40,790 bases of DNA from positions 1 to 40,790 of the forward strand of contig JYFJ02003497.1 of NCBI GenBank assembly GCA_000934665.2, given 5' to 3'. This document shows positions 22,190 to 35,300 of the stretch, piece after piece; position 1 is the stretch's first letter, and the number at the start of each line of letters is the position of its first letter. The notes under the pieces were generated by a model, which saw only the letters and a list, made by a program, of their open reading frames with translations, did not search any database and had not been told where the DNA came from. A program made the position numbers and the translations under genes. The DNA comes from Catajapyx aquilonaris. Its lineage: Eukaryota.

Positions 22190-25100
22190 TATCATGAGCA
22201 ATGCCTTGAACACCAGTTTACCTTCTCGGCATTCTGTGTTTTTTTTTCTCTCTTCTAAATCCAACCCTTTTACAATCCTCTTTCCCCACATTCATTGTTC
22301 CTTTTTTTAAAATCCTTTCTACCCACTCCTTTTTGACCCCTGACCCATCCCTACCCAGACCCCCATCCCCACACCAAAAAAAAAAATGAACAAAAAATTT
22401 TTCTCTTCACAAAGAAAAAAACCCTAACAGAAGACTTTACACAGAACCCAAAGGCCCAGGGGGGGGGAAACAAGCCCAAGGTAGTTTTCAATATTTTTGT
22501 AGTTTTTTTTTTGTAGTTTTTCCATCAAATATTTTTTTTTCTTATTTCACTCACTTGGTAGTTTTCATGCACCTGAAGCTTGTTTCCAAACTTCAATTGT
22601 CCGTGCAAGTGGGTGGTATGATACGTTGCACATGCACAATCTTTTTCCTTTAGAGTCCGACTTGACGTCTCGACTGCTCACTTACATACCACCCACTTGC
22701 ACCATACATCGCTCCCTGGATAGGGAAGACTGGAATGCAGACACCACCACACAGGCAAAGTCCGTTTTGTTCTTTGCACACTGGTTCAATGCTCTTTACA
22801 TTGAAGCTCAAAAAAATCTTTTTATCTTTTTTTTTATCTTTTTTTGGTGGAGGCAAGTGTATAATATTTTTTTTTGCATTTTTCCCAACATTTTTTCTTT
22901 TTTTGTACAGAACTGCAATTTTTTTTAAAATTCCCTAAAGGAGGCTGAAACATAGTATGGAATTTGTGTTGATATTTACAAGGAACTAGGTTCTTTCATA
23001 CACCTACTTCTTCTAAGCCTGCACGGTCTCATTAAATATGGTAGTTATTATTATTATTCTTTTTTTTTGTTTAAAGTCTACGAGTTGTTCGCTACGTAAA
23101 CACTTCACCTCAAGTTTTCGTGAAGTCTTGTTTTGCATAGGCTTTGATGTCAACATGATGACAATGAGGTGTAATTAACATCTAGAATATAAATAACACT
23201 GGCTCTTGTTTGCAAAAATTGTAACAAAATAGTTTCTCTCGATTACGTAGTTTTTTCATCTAAAGCTCCTGTCTAAAACGGGCATTTTTAAAACTTCTCT
23301 CTCACATTCACTCTCTCTCTCTTTGTTTTTTACAGTTATCTATATACTTATTTTGGAACCAATGCCCTGCTAGGATCCCCAACAAGGCTGGGAGGAAAAA
23401 GTATAAAAACCAAACAGATTGGGGGGAGGAGGGGGGGATTTTATTACAAGACGGCGAGAGAAATTGGGGAAGGGAAGAACGTAACGAAGAACTAAGGGCA
23501 CTTTGGCTTTGGCAAATGCCCCTGGACAAACTCACAATACCCGACAAAACCCCCCCNAAGACTCTAGCTCTATCTGCCGTGCCTTTACAAGAGGGGAAAC
23601 AATCCATTGAACCGTCACCGTCCCCCCAAAAAGTGTTTTTTTTTTTCTCCAACAATCCTAGGACACTATGGCTCAGCCTCCCAAAAAAAAAATTATAACA
23701 ACAAAAGCATTTTGACAATCTACCAGCACTATTACCTATGTTATCTAGCTATAACTACCTACTTAGTAATCCTAAAATCTTTAAAATCTACCTCATTTTT
23801 TTTCTTCATCTTTTCACATCTAGAACTCACAAGGACAAGACAACCAACACTGCACACAGTTTCTTGACAAAAAGACATGAAAATGTAAAACTCAAAAAAG
23901 AAAAGAAAAAAAAACAACTCGTAATCTAGATTTACGACACAATTCAACTTTTTTTTTTTCTTCTTCTTCTTTGCTGTTATCGATATGTGAAGCACAAGGG
24001 CTTTTATTTGCACGGGATGGGATTGGGGACTGGATCGAGCAAAAATCGGGAGATTGGGAAGTTTACAGCATGTTTCATGCTGCGTTTAAAAAAAACAAAA
24101 CAAATGAGAAAACAACAGCACTCAAGCTTCACATAAAGATATCATTTGCAAACTATCTAACCCTAAGTGTCTGTTCATTTCTTTTTTTCTTCTTCATCTA
24201 AACTACACTTTTTTATACACTACAGTTCAATACTTCGCAAACTTGCTTCTTTTCCTATGATCTTGTGTTACTCTTGTCACTTCTCCTCTTCTTTTTATTC
24301 CTTCAGTCCTGTTTTGATGCAAGTTTCGCACTGAGGAGGACAAGTTTTCATCTTCATTGAGGTTGCATATTTTGCCGCCGCAACAGTTTTTTTTTTTTTA
24401 GTCCCATAACTCAAGCGTCTTGTTTTGTTGTTGTTTTGTTTACCAGAGGTCTACAAATATGTCTGCTATATGTAAACACACGGCATCTTTACACACAAGT
24501 AGTTTTGTCATCTTAAAAATATCCATTATCCCATCAAATTCTGTTGTACCAAAATAAACTAAATCTTTTTAGTTAACAGTAAAATCTTTCAATATTTTGT
24601 AGCTCAACTACTGCACCTGAAACAATACAAAGTGCACGATATCAAGACCAGACATAAAAAGGGAAAAAAATGTACAGTTGAGAGGTTTGGGGTCAAGGGT
24701 TGGGTTGCGGGGAGAAAAATCGCGGCAAAAGACCAAAGAAAAATAACGTAATCAAATCCCTGCTTTTCGATTTCTGGTGGGGTTTTTTTTTTGGTGTGTT
24801 TTTGTTTCAGAACTTCAATCCCATCCTCAAAAATTTCATCCTCTGTGGCACTCGTTTCCATCACCACCACACGCAATAATATAGTAATATAAAAAAAAGT
24901 GGTCACACGTCAGTTTCTTTTTCAATCTGTACGCTGTGCACCTCATTTCACTTGTGGCGATCTCTCTCATCTGCAAAGTCACTTTTACAAGGGTGCATTT
25001 CTTCAACGGAGAGACCAAAAAAAAAAAAAGTTACAGAAAAGAAAAACAAATGTATAAAACGTCTCTTCAGAAAAAATTTCCTGTACTGTACAATCCATTG

Positions 25101-26291
25101 CTGCAAAAAACTGGGCAGCTAAACCATTCTTGAAAAAATTTTCCAGTCTTTTGAGGAGCAACGGTAGTTCTCCCCCTCCCCTCCCTCCCTCTACGCAGCT
25201 TGTGAATTACAATAAAAACTTTTTTCTCTCTCTCTCTCTCTCTCATCGCGCGTTTCCGCCTGCCTCTTTCATCAATTTTCCTCTTGCTCGCATGCAACTG
25301 GGCCACATGCAGCTTCACTTTTCATCTCTTCTCTCGCTCTCAAAGTCATTTTCTCACTACTTTTCTGCATGACTATAAACACTAATCAACTCAATTCTCT
25401 GTTTTCAACAACTACAACATAGAACAATGAACTAGAGGGTGATTTGGCTTGGTTTTCAGTTAAATCCCTGTCTTGAATTCTGAAAGGCACATATCTAAAA
25501 TTCTTTCAATTATACAATAATGAAGTGGGGGAGAAAAAAAAAAAAGAGTACGGCTTTAACACCCAAAAACAAAAAATCTTTCGTTCAGAAATAACAAACT
25601 GCCAAAAAAATACATACAAAGTTGTTAAAACGAGAAAAAAAATAATAGTAATTTCCAGGCAAAAAAAAGGTACAGTCAGTGGCTGATCTCTACAGATTGG
25701 AATGTGAAAAAACAGAATCCGTAGCAGGAAAACTCGGGAGAGTTTTAGGAATAAGGTTTTTGGACTTTTTTTTTCTTTTCTTTCTTTTCTTTTGTCCTGG
25801 AAGCTATTTTTGTGTGCTGAGCTGCAGAAACCAGGGAACTTTCTTTCTTGCACACACTCTCAAGCACACGTTCTTTCTCACACAATTGTTTAAGATTCTT
25901 TTTAGGACCTGCCTGCTGGTCAGCCCTGTGTGAGAAGCCCAACTAAGATAACGTGGATAATTTTGTTTTACATCCACTCGATATTTTTTTCTTTTGATTC
26001 CGTATAAAATAATGTCGAAAAATAAAAAAGACAACTAAAAAACAACCTGCCCCTTTTTTTTAAAGGTCAACCCAAAATTCTCTGCCTGCCAGTCTAAAAA
26101 ACTGATCTAGAGTCAGTTTACAAAGACTAAAAACAACAACAAAATAAACACAATGTCCATTGGCATCGGTAGAAATGGAGGAGACAAAAAGTCCAAGTTC
26201 CAAATGTTTTTTTTGTTGTTTTTTTTTGTTAAAGTTTGCAGAAAAGTTGTAGCTTCATGATTTTTCTCTTCTAATAATCTATAAGAACATC
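22190..26291 (-). other. Probable long A/U-homopolymer-rich 3' UTR of shep
   Basis: Follows the shep stop codon and a 3' UTR intron (26370-26292). About 4 kb of dense A/T runs with no credible ORF; the composition is distinct from the introns. The exact 3' end is not determinable. Confidence 0.6.
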
Positions 26292-26376
26292 CTGCAGGGA
26301 AGGCAGAAGTGAATATTAGAGTTTGAATTACTTTTAAAAATAAATAAATTGAGAGCCAACAAATTCTTACCTGTAG

Positions 26377-29300
26377 TTACTTGGCAACTTGTGCTTGATA
26401 GGCTTGGTACTGCTCTTCAGATGTGGCATTTGAGGTCTGATTCGGATCCCCTTCCGGCAGTGGAAGGGTTGGGATGATTGGTTGCGGTTGTCCCGCAAAT
26501 ATGTAGGGGTGGGGTCCCGACGCCAGGTACTGAAAAAGCAGCGTCTATGAGCATCAGGAGAAACAAAAATAAAGATTGTGATCAAAATGTAGGCCCAGTG
26601 TTGTATCAACACAAATTAAGAGATCATCATCCACGTGTTCAAAACACAATCCGATATTTTCTCCTTAATTTCGGTTGACGCAACCGACCCTCAAAGACTA
26701 GAACAGTCGCAACAATTCCAGAAGTCGCACATTAAACGGGGGTTTCTGTCCCTTTTGGCAGTGCAAGTTCTGGAAAGTTGACTGTTTATTCAGTAAGCAT
26801 GAAATTAAATGCAGACCGATCCTGGAGTTCCGAGCTGCAAGGCTGACATTTGAGTCGGAAGTTGCTGCAGCATGTGACTGTAATGCACAGACGCAGGATC
26901 CATTGTGGTCGGCAGCACCTGTTATTTTTTTTTAGAGAGAAGAAAATTTGATGACACACACGTACAGAGATGCGGCACTGGGCAAAAACAGGATGCTCTG
27001 CCAACAATAATTAACAAATTGTGGAACCATCCGTCACCTTGAGCCAATGGAAGTTGTTATCATTAAGTGCAAGCCATGTTTTGATTAATGTTGGTAAGCA
27101 TCATGTTGTTCACCCTTAGTGTATTAGCCACTGAATTAGCCATGTTTTTGTTTGTCTGTTGTTAACCGCTCGACTCACCTCCACCTGTTGAATGTGTGGT
27201 GGTTGCATGATGTATTGCTGAGGCATCCAAGGAGTGCTGGGCAGGGAATAGCTTGGTACTTGAGGGCTAAAGTGCCGGCTAAACTGGTGATGGTTCACAG
27301 CAGGCAGCATCTGCGGGGCAACCCCATTCTGGGGCAGGACATTGGGGTCATAGGTCACAGGAGTTCCCTGTCAACCACCACCACGTCATTAGGGTCATAC
27401 ACTCTCAGAATCCAAACACCACATAAAAAAGGATCTACAATTTTTCTACTTGTCCGTTAGGTGCTCCTGACTAGAACGCAATCCAAAAAAATTAACGATG
27501 CTCTATAAACAGCATGAGAGAGCAGAATCAATATTTGCTCATGATTAGGAAGCGACTGTGATCAGGATAGGAATGCAATCGAGGAAGAAACTGGATTGCC
27601 TAATTTAATCAAAAGCTAAGTATTGACTTCCTGGTCTCCCACTTGAAAGCATGCTTCGAGGTCCTTAGAAAAAAGGAATCGAAAGAGACAGAAGGATATG
27701 CCACGAGAAAAAAGTCTCTTCTCTCCGGCCTTCTACTAAAATGTGCACTACATTACGCTAATTGCTACTGTTACTGATTAGTGCTCCCCCCCCACATGTA
27801 ATTTCTGTGATTACTTTGGCATTAGATTCCTGAGCGCAATGTGAGCCATGCTACTGTGATCTACAATAACTACTCCACCAAATTAAAATTGCTTACAATG
27901 TTATCAGCAAACCCAATCATCTTGGCAAAACTAAGGTACACTGTTACTGCCAAGAGCAAACCAAACGAAGCAAATGTACCACACCTTGAAGGCGTGAGGA
28001 CAAATGCTCACCTCGCCGTCCCTCCACATCCGCTGGTCCTGATTCTTGTACTGGTTTCTCTTCTTGTTACCGCCATCAGCAAATTTTACTAAAAGGGGTT
28101 CTTTGCAGGCAGGGAGTTTGAAACCATTAAACTTAAGGATAATTTCCTCACACTTCTCCTTTGACTCCATTCTGAAATGAAATTTCTCATTAGATTTTGT
28201 ACAAGTGAAATAAACGGCAGTGTTTTTTATATATTTAAAAACACATACCTTGCAAACCCTACTCCTCTACTTTGGCTTTTGGCATCGCGCAGAATCCTGG
28301 TGGAAATCACCTGACCATGAGATCGAAGCAGCTCCTCTAACTGACTTTCCTCGTAATAGAGCGGGAGGTTCGCAATGTACAAGTTGGTAGGGTCCTGCTC
28401 TTGTTGCTGGAAACAAAAGACCTTCAATTTGTCAAGCACATATGATTCACATCTGTGCTGTTCCACTGCAAAGAATATAATAAACATAGGTTGTAAAGCA
28501 ACCTCCAATTTACCTTTGCCATCTGGGCCTGCATGCCCCTGCTCTGTAGCACTCGCACAGCATTCTCGGCCGCTACGGGAGATTCAAAGTCAACAAATCC
28601 GTAACCTGAAACAGAAAATACAGCAATTAATCGAATGCAAATAAGACGCAATAAAATGGCTGGCTCAACGATGCTCACCTTTACACTTGTTAGTATTCTT
28701 GTCCAATATTGCCTTTGTCGATATGATGTTCCCAAATCTGTGGAGCAGAATTTGTTAGTACAATCCGTGTGCACTGCTACACGATCTGAGGGACACTTAC
28801 TCTTTGCATAAATTAACCAAGTCCTTGTCTGTGGTGTTTTGAGGGAGGCCACGAATGTACAGGTTGGTTTTGGAGAGCTGCTCTCCGCTGCTGATGCTGG
28901 AGTTGGGAGTGGTGGTAGGAGTCGAGCCACCCTGAGAACCTGTGTTGTTGAGGTTGGTGATTGCTGATGGGGAAGCGGCAGTTGGAACACGTTGGCTGGG
29001 CGTGTATGTCTGCTGAGAAGAAGAGAACGTGAAGGGGAATGTTCAAACACGGCACACGTAACAACACTGTCAACAAGCCTATGTGCAAAAAGCACGGCAC
29101 ATACAGGAACTCTATCCACGGCTGTCCAGCACAAGTCACTCATGTGCTGCAGCATTTCTTTCCGTAGAGTATATTACAAATTCTCTAGAAAGTGCTTGGA
29201 ATGAAAGACTACGAATAAGGATAAGGACGGGTCAAATCAGGCATTTGTTTTCAGGGTCAGAAGAGTCACTTCCAGTTCAATCTCACTGATAGCTATTCTG

Positions 29301-32300
29301 CAGTTCATTGGACTCTGGACCTTCGGGAGATACTCCTGACCATTACTCATATCTAATCTGCCCAGCTTCCATTTGAGGTTCCCATGATAAAATATTCAGT
29401 TAAGGTATCTCTTTCTCCTCTCCCGAGCCTACTGACACATGCTAACTAGCTCAGCCACAACGCTCACCCTTTACCAGTTTTAGCAAGTTTCTGTGCAAAG
29501 CACGAGGCAATCTACCTGTGGTGTAAGTAATTTACAAAAGTTTGTTTCCATGCACTTGATAAAGACAAGTCCGTTGTCTCTCCTGGGGAGGAAATATGCC
29601 AAGAATTCCTGCTGCTTCTTGAACATAGGAAACATTTAATAGGAGGGCGCAATGAACTCTGATAATGCATGACAATTATAGCACGGAAATGTTTTGTATC
29701 GCCAGGAGTTTTCCATTATAGCGGAAGGGTTCAAAGGCACTTTCACTCTACTGCTGACCCTGCCAGTGGTGGATGTCATTACTGATACTTCAAAGGCTTC
29801 CCTTCCTCTAGTCACCAGTTTCCCCTTTGATTTCCCATACATACACTACATGGGAGTACTTCAGCTTGCCAATATAATAAATTCAATAAGCGACTTTAAA
29901 AAAAAAAGCATCACACAAACATTCATAACTTTAAAAACTTCTGGAATTTGCAATATTGGATCCCAGCATAGCAGCATGAAATCCGCAGCTTATGGTTCCC
30001 CCAGTTATTCCCGGATGTGCAGCCCTTACATGGAAGCAAACTTGGAACATCCAGCCCCGGCACCTGAGTGTTCCAAACTAGGTGGCCATTGATTTTCCTC
30101 CACTTGACAGGCATGTCTTGACCTCCCAACCCATAGCCAAGTCCCTAATTGAATGGACCAAAAAGCGATGGCTCGAATTCCCCAGTCCCAACTTTGCCGC
30201 TAAGGCCCAGAAACGAGCGTTAATTCTCCAATTTATTAACCCCTTCTCTCAGGCAAGTGTTTCAGTTTCCACAGTGGTTTACCCTCCTTACTCATTACCA
30301 AAGTGCCTGCTGGGTATCTGCAAATTAATTTATTAAGGTGGCATAATGTTGGCTAGCAGAGGGTACGAGGTAGCAGAATAGTTTGTCTATGACTCCATAA
30401 AAGCTGCCCGCATTTGTTTTCTGCACTATTAAAATGGTACAGTGCAAGTTTGATCGCCATAATTGACATATTGTCAATAACTGCCTATTTTCACCTGCGA
30501 CGCCGAACATCCCAAGATTCCACATAAACTTTGCGAAATTTTTGGATGGATTTTCAATGCCGTATGCAATGGAAACCTGCTCAGTAAGGAAAAATTTTCT
30601 TGGAATGGAGCAATTCTGCTAGACAGGTTTATTCGTCCCAATCAATTATATAAACGGATGGTCTGAGAAAGAGGAAAGTTTCCTGGGAAGGGCAATTACC
30701 GATCTTCCTCGACTTGCTTCATTGTCACCAAACTTGTTCTCTACACACCCAGAGGGCAACTACCAGTACGGCAAGTGGAAACATGTCCAGCCAAGATGCC
30801 TGAACTTAACTGGGACTGGTCATAGCTGCTAGACCACAACAACGTTTTGATACTTATGGATGCTTCAACAATAGTACTGTACCAACCTTTTTCATTTAAA
30901 TGCAACTATTTAATATCAGTTCAGCAATGAGTCAATACCTTTCAAGGTTCATCAATAAGTTTTCAAACTTCATCCGATGGCCAGGTAAATATTTAACCGG
31001 AACAGCTGTTTACTGAAATATTCCACATTTTTATGCCCCACCAAGCAGCACGTGAATTCCTTTACAAACATCCATTCAGCACAGGCTCTAATGCATTTCC
31101 TGTGGAGCCCTTGACAAATAACTACAACCAATAATATTCAGCAAAGTGCACACAGCAAGACAGCAACCACTCGCGGCCCCCCCTTTTCTATTGCCATTTT
31201 TTTTTCTTCTTTCTTTTCTTTCATTTCTCCTCCATCGAATCAATGCACGGTCGCAAACCGGCCTTCCCTGCGAAAAACCATATAAAGCTTCGGGGACCTT
31301 GGATTACTTTTCGCGTGTCGATGTGTGTCCGGACGTGTTGAGAGTGAATGCAGGGAGCACAGCGAATGAATACGCAGCAGCTCTCAATTATTCACACGAT
31401 CCAGTTTTTCTCTTCCCCTGGCAACAATGTAGAGCCAATTCGCCATTTTTTTATCCACCCCCCTGCCACCCTGCCAAATTGCCTGGGCCATCCTCAGATC
31501 GGCCCTGCGACGCCAAAATGGCCGACTCCCGACGCTCCCACACTTTGGGCTTATACAGAAGGGGGGGAACTCCCCAGCCAGGATTACAAAAAAAAAAATC
31601 GTCGTGTCAAAGTCCTGAGAGGGATGATACACAGCTGATTTATCAACAGGCACTTCCGGTTGATAAAATGCACAGGGTGATTCCAAAACGAAGTATGTCA
31701 CTAATCTAATCCTACTACCATTATCATGCAGCACTAATGAAGCAATATCTAGCGAAAAACTATTCATGAAAAGATGAAACGTCACACAAAAAAATTATTG
31801 CTGCAACTGTCACCATTTTGGCCCAGACTCAACCTGCAGATTTTTTTTCTTCCCCTCTCTTCATTTTGGCAATATTCGGTACATTCCCTTGAGTCTTCCT
31901 GTGTGGGAGGAATTTGCGCCAACTGTTGATATGGCTCAACAAGTTTTGATGTCCGTTTTTTGTAATTACCCTAGATCTATTTCAAAGAGTCCAAAGCCTT
32001 TTTTCTATCCTTGCAATAAATCCGCGCCTCTTCCGATTACACTCATTTATTGGGATGTGCTCAACACCCACGCTGAAAAATGAAACTCCAGCAGGTCTCT
32101 CCAGAAAACTAGTCACATCCCGAACTTCCGACCCCCCACACAAAAAAAAACCCCTCTCCAATGACGTAATAATTAGGCGCGAAAACCCGAATCGATTCGA
32201 TCCTGATTGAGCAATTACTCCGCTTTCATAAAAGGACAACGCTCCAATCAGTGGCACAACCTTGGATCTTTTTTTTTCTGATCAAAAAAACAGCCTTTCG

Positions 32301-35300
32301 GGGGGCCATCTTCGGCCAGCAAAAATAATCTGAGAGAATGTAACATATTGTCAACCCAACTTTGCAAAATGGACTCGTCCACCTATATGGTCGCATTTTG
32401 CTCTAAAAGAAAAAGTGACACGACCGAAAAGACGCGTTCGTCCTATTTGCACCTGTCATTCCAGCACGACAGTTTATCAATAATTATGCTCCGTCTGTTT
32501 GTGCTCTGCCCATTAACGCCCCAATGTCACTCGAGCACCCACTTTACCAATCCCACATTTTTTTTTCTTCTTCTTCTTTCTGCAAATGCCATTTGCAAAC
32601 AATGCGGCGAATTTTCGAACCGCGGCTTCTTCTTTCAAGGTTAGGCCCTTATTTCTAATTCAATATTGATTTGCCGCAACACCTCGCTTTTCCTCTTGGG
32701 CTTCCATATTTTTGTGTGTGTTTGTGTGAGTGATTTTCACACCATAGGACAGTTACAGTTCTCATCTGAACCCTATTTACAGACCCTGGCCTGGCCGGAA
32801 GTTGGTGAGATTCCGGAGGATGAAGTGGAGAAGCCGTGATTATCCGACCAGGGGTGGAAAAAGGCAGCATCTTCCTTTTCTTGGGAGACTGCCTGGCTCT
32901 CTCTACACGCCCCCATCTCTCTCCCCCTCTTTTTACTCTCTCTGCTACACCCAACACTGGGGGCTAATCAATACTTCCTCTGCAACCCACTCCACCCGGA
33001 AAACCCACCAAGCCACGTGCTACTCCAGAAAACCTCCAGAGGCTACCTCCACTCCTATACACACACACACACACACAAATAACTGTGCCTATTTAAACCA
33101 AATCAATGCTGGATTTCTACCATATTGGGTCTCGATTAGTCTGCTGCAGTTTTTTCCCCCCCTCGACTATCTCTATATGGTTATACTGGCTTATTAGAGC
33201 AGGCCCAAATCGGGGGGACTGTTAGAAGCTGGCGGACTGTATTCCAATCGATTTCTCACCACACTGCCTCTCTGTCCAGCAATGGGTGGGGATGTTGGGA
33301 GGTGGGGGGAGAGACTAAACCCAATTTTAACTCCCAGTTTTATGCCAGCTATGGGAGCAGCCAATTAATCCGGTTGTTTTGCAGGTGCAAAAACCATATG
33401 ACAAGATGCAAGGAGGCCTGCCACAATGAGATTTTTCTTCGTCTGTTTTTGCTCAACTGTACGCCATGAGGGGGATGGGAAAAAAAAGGTCCGGCCAGTT
33501 TGATAGGGTGTGAAGGAAACCATCCCGAGCTTGTGAGGAATTTCAATGGGGTACAGTCTCGTGAAGTAACGGAGAGGAGCCTCGAAAGAGGTCAACCGTT
33601 GCGGGGTTGTTGGCAAAAGGCATTCGGTAAAACAATAATCATATAAATGAAGGGGGGTGGAATTATAAGAGTTGACGACATACCGGCCAGATATTTGATA
33701 TCAGCAAAGCATATTCAGTTCCTGTCTGCGCAAGAGTTTATCATAGATTATCCACGGTTGCTATTCCTGTCACGTTTTTAATAATTGCTCACTCGGTACG
33801 TGATTTCTCTTTCTTTTTTTTAAAAAAAAATAATCAGGCTGCTGTACAACGTGGCCGAACTGGGCCGAATTAAACTAAAACAGGCTCGGTTCGGCGATGT
33901 AATGTCCTTCAAGGAAAGACCGAGGTTCATGCATTTTCAAGTTTACCTTTCCGAAAAGGAGTCCCCCTCCCTCCGTGTCTGGCCAAGTGCCAAATTGAAA
34001 CCCAAAATACTAGTACTCCACCGCGGCCCACTCGGCCGGATATTGATTCAACGTATATTCCATGCAGTATTAAACGCGACTGAGTACTATTTGGCAGTAA
34101 TTGCCAGCTACGACCAATTCTGCTTTTCCTTTCGCAAATTGCATACATGTAGCTCACTAACCATTTCGCATTGCGCGTTTTGTTCCATGTTTATTGAAAC
34201 ACGAGTTGCTCTACCCCCCCTCAGCATGCAGCTGCCTGAAAATCCCATCAATTTCTCTCCGTGTCATAATCCGGCGGAAAATACATGATATCGGTTCTCC
34301 ACTGGGAGGATCGAAACGAGCTACTGGCAAGGACCGGTGTGCTCGTTTCGCCGAATTGCATCTGAACCGAACTGCATCAACGTGGCACCGTTTTATATTT
34401 ATAACTTTAATATCATACACAGCCGCACACATTAATTAGAACCGTCCTGGCGTGACTCGAAAACACAAATATGAGCACGGCTTGCGTAAAGCGATTTAAG
34501 TTCATCGATACCGAAGAAGACCTCAATGCTGCAAATTGCGCAATATATCATTGATTGTTTGAAATGGTGGGCCGAGTAAAAATCCCAGTGCACGAAACTT
34601 CTGCGAAATCCATCCGATAAGGGCTTGAACACGACTTCCGGCCCCCCCTCGGAATTATTAGCCCTATATACATACACACATTTTCGGGCTCTGCAAGTCA
34701 GGCTAAATCCTATAGCGCAACTTTGTGCAAGGTCCGTCGATGAACTGCATTCAGTCTTTGGGCCCTCAACCCTCACTTGCTTTGGTTACCAACTTTCCAG
34801 GCGACCGAATTTCCCCTGAAATAATCCGGATCCTGCTGATAGGGATCTGGCCCGTATTATACCGTAGATCATGTGGCCTTTTCCACCATGCTATACACGA
34901 GGCAATAATTATGCTATACATATACCAGGCGTGCATACTGCAGGCATATCGTGCACTGATGGTGATCATGGCATGTAACTGACACTCTGTACGATACCGT
35001 GTATCCTTCACATACATCGCGCACTTGTCTTGCGGTTTGTGCTTTTTTTTCTGGCACGGTAGATACCCCTTTTCGGTTACAGTAATCCATGAAAACCGCC
35101 TGATCATTGCGCTCAAGTAGGCTGCACTGTCGCAATCCTAGGTTGATGAGGAATAAAGAGTGTGAGAAAACTGACGGTATAAAGTACTAAAAATTAGATA
35201 TTAACCTGGCTCTCACGCTTCTGAAATAGCTCAACTAGAACCCTCCGAAAGTTTCCGCTTTCAAACACGGGAGATGAGAAATCCGGTCTTGCCCAATGTA

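Noticed and set aside
23551..23560. Ambiguous base N at 23557
   Set aside because: Assembly ambiguity next to a C homopolymer; not biological.
26371..26379. Stop-codon readthrough context (TAA CTA) in shep
   Set aside because: UAA is the least leaky stop, the motif is not UGA-CUAG, and the spliced extension would end after about 8 codons.
33850..34650. Scattered GGCCGA/TCGG inverted motifs suggesting a degenerate transposon; ORF 33851-34288
   Set aside because: I could not define termini, a TSD or any protein similarity by eye.
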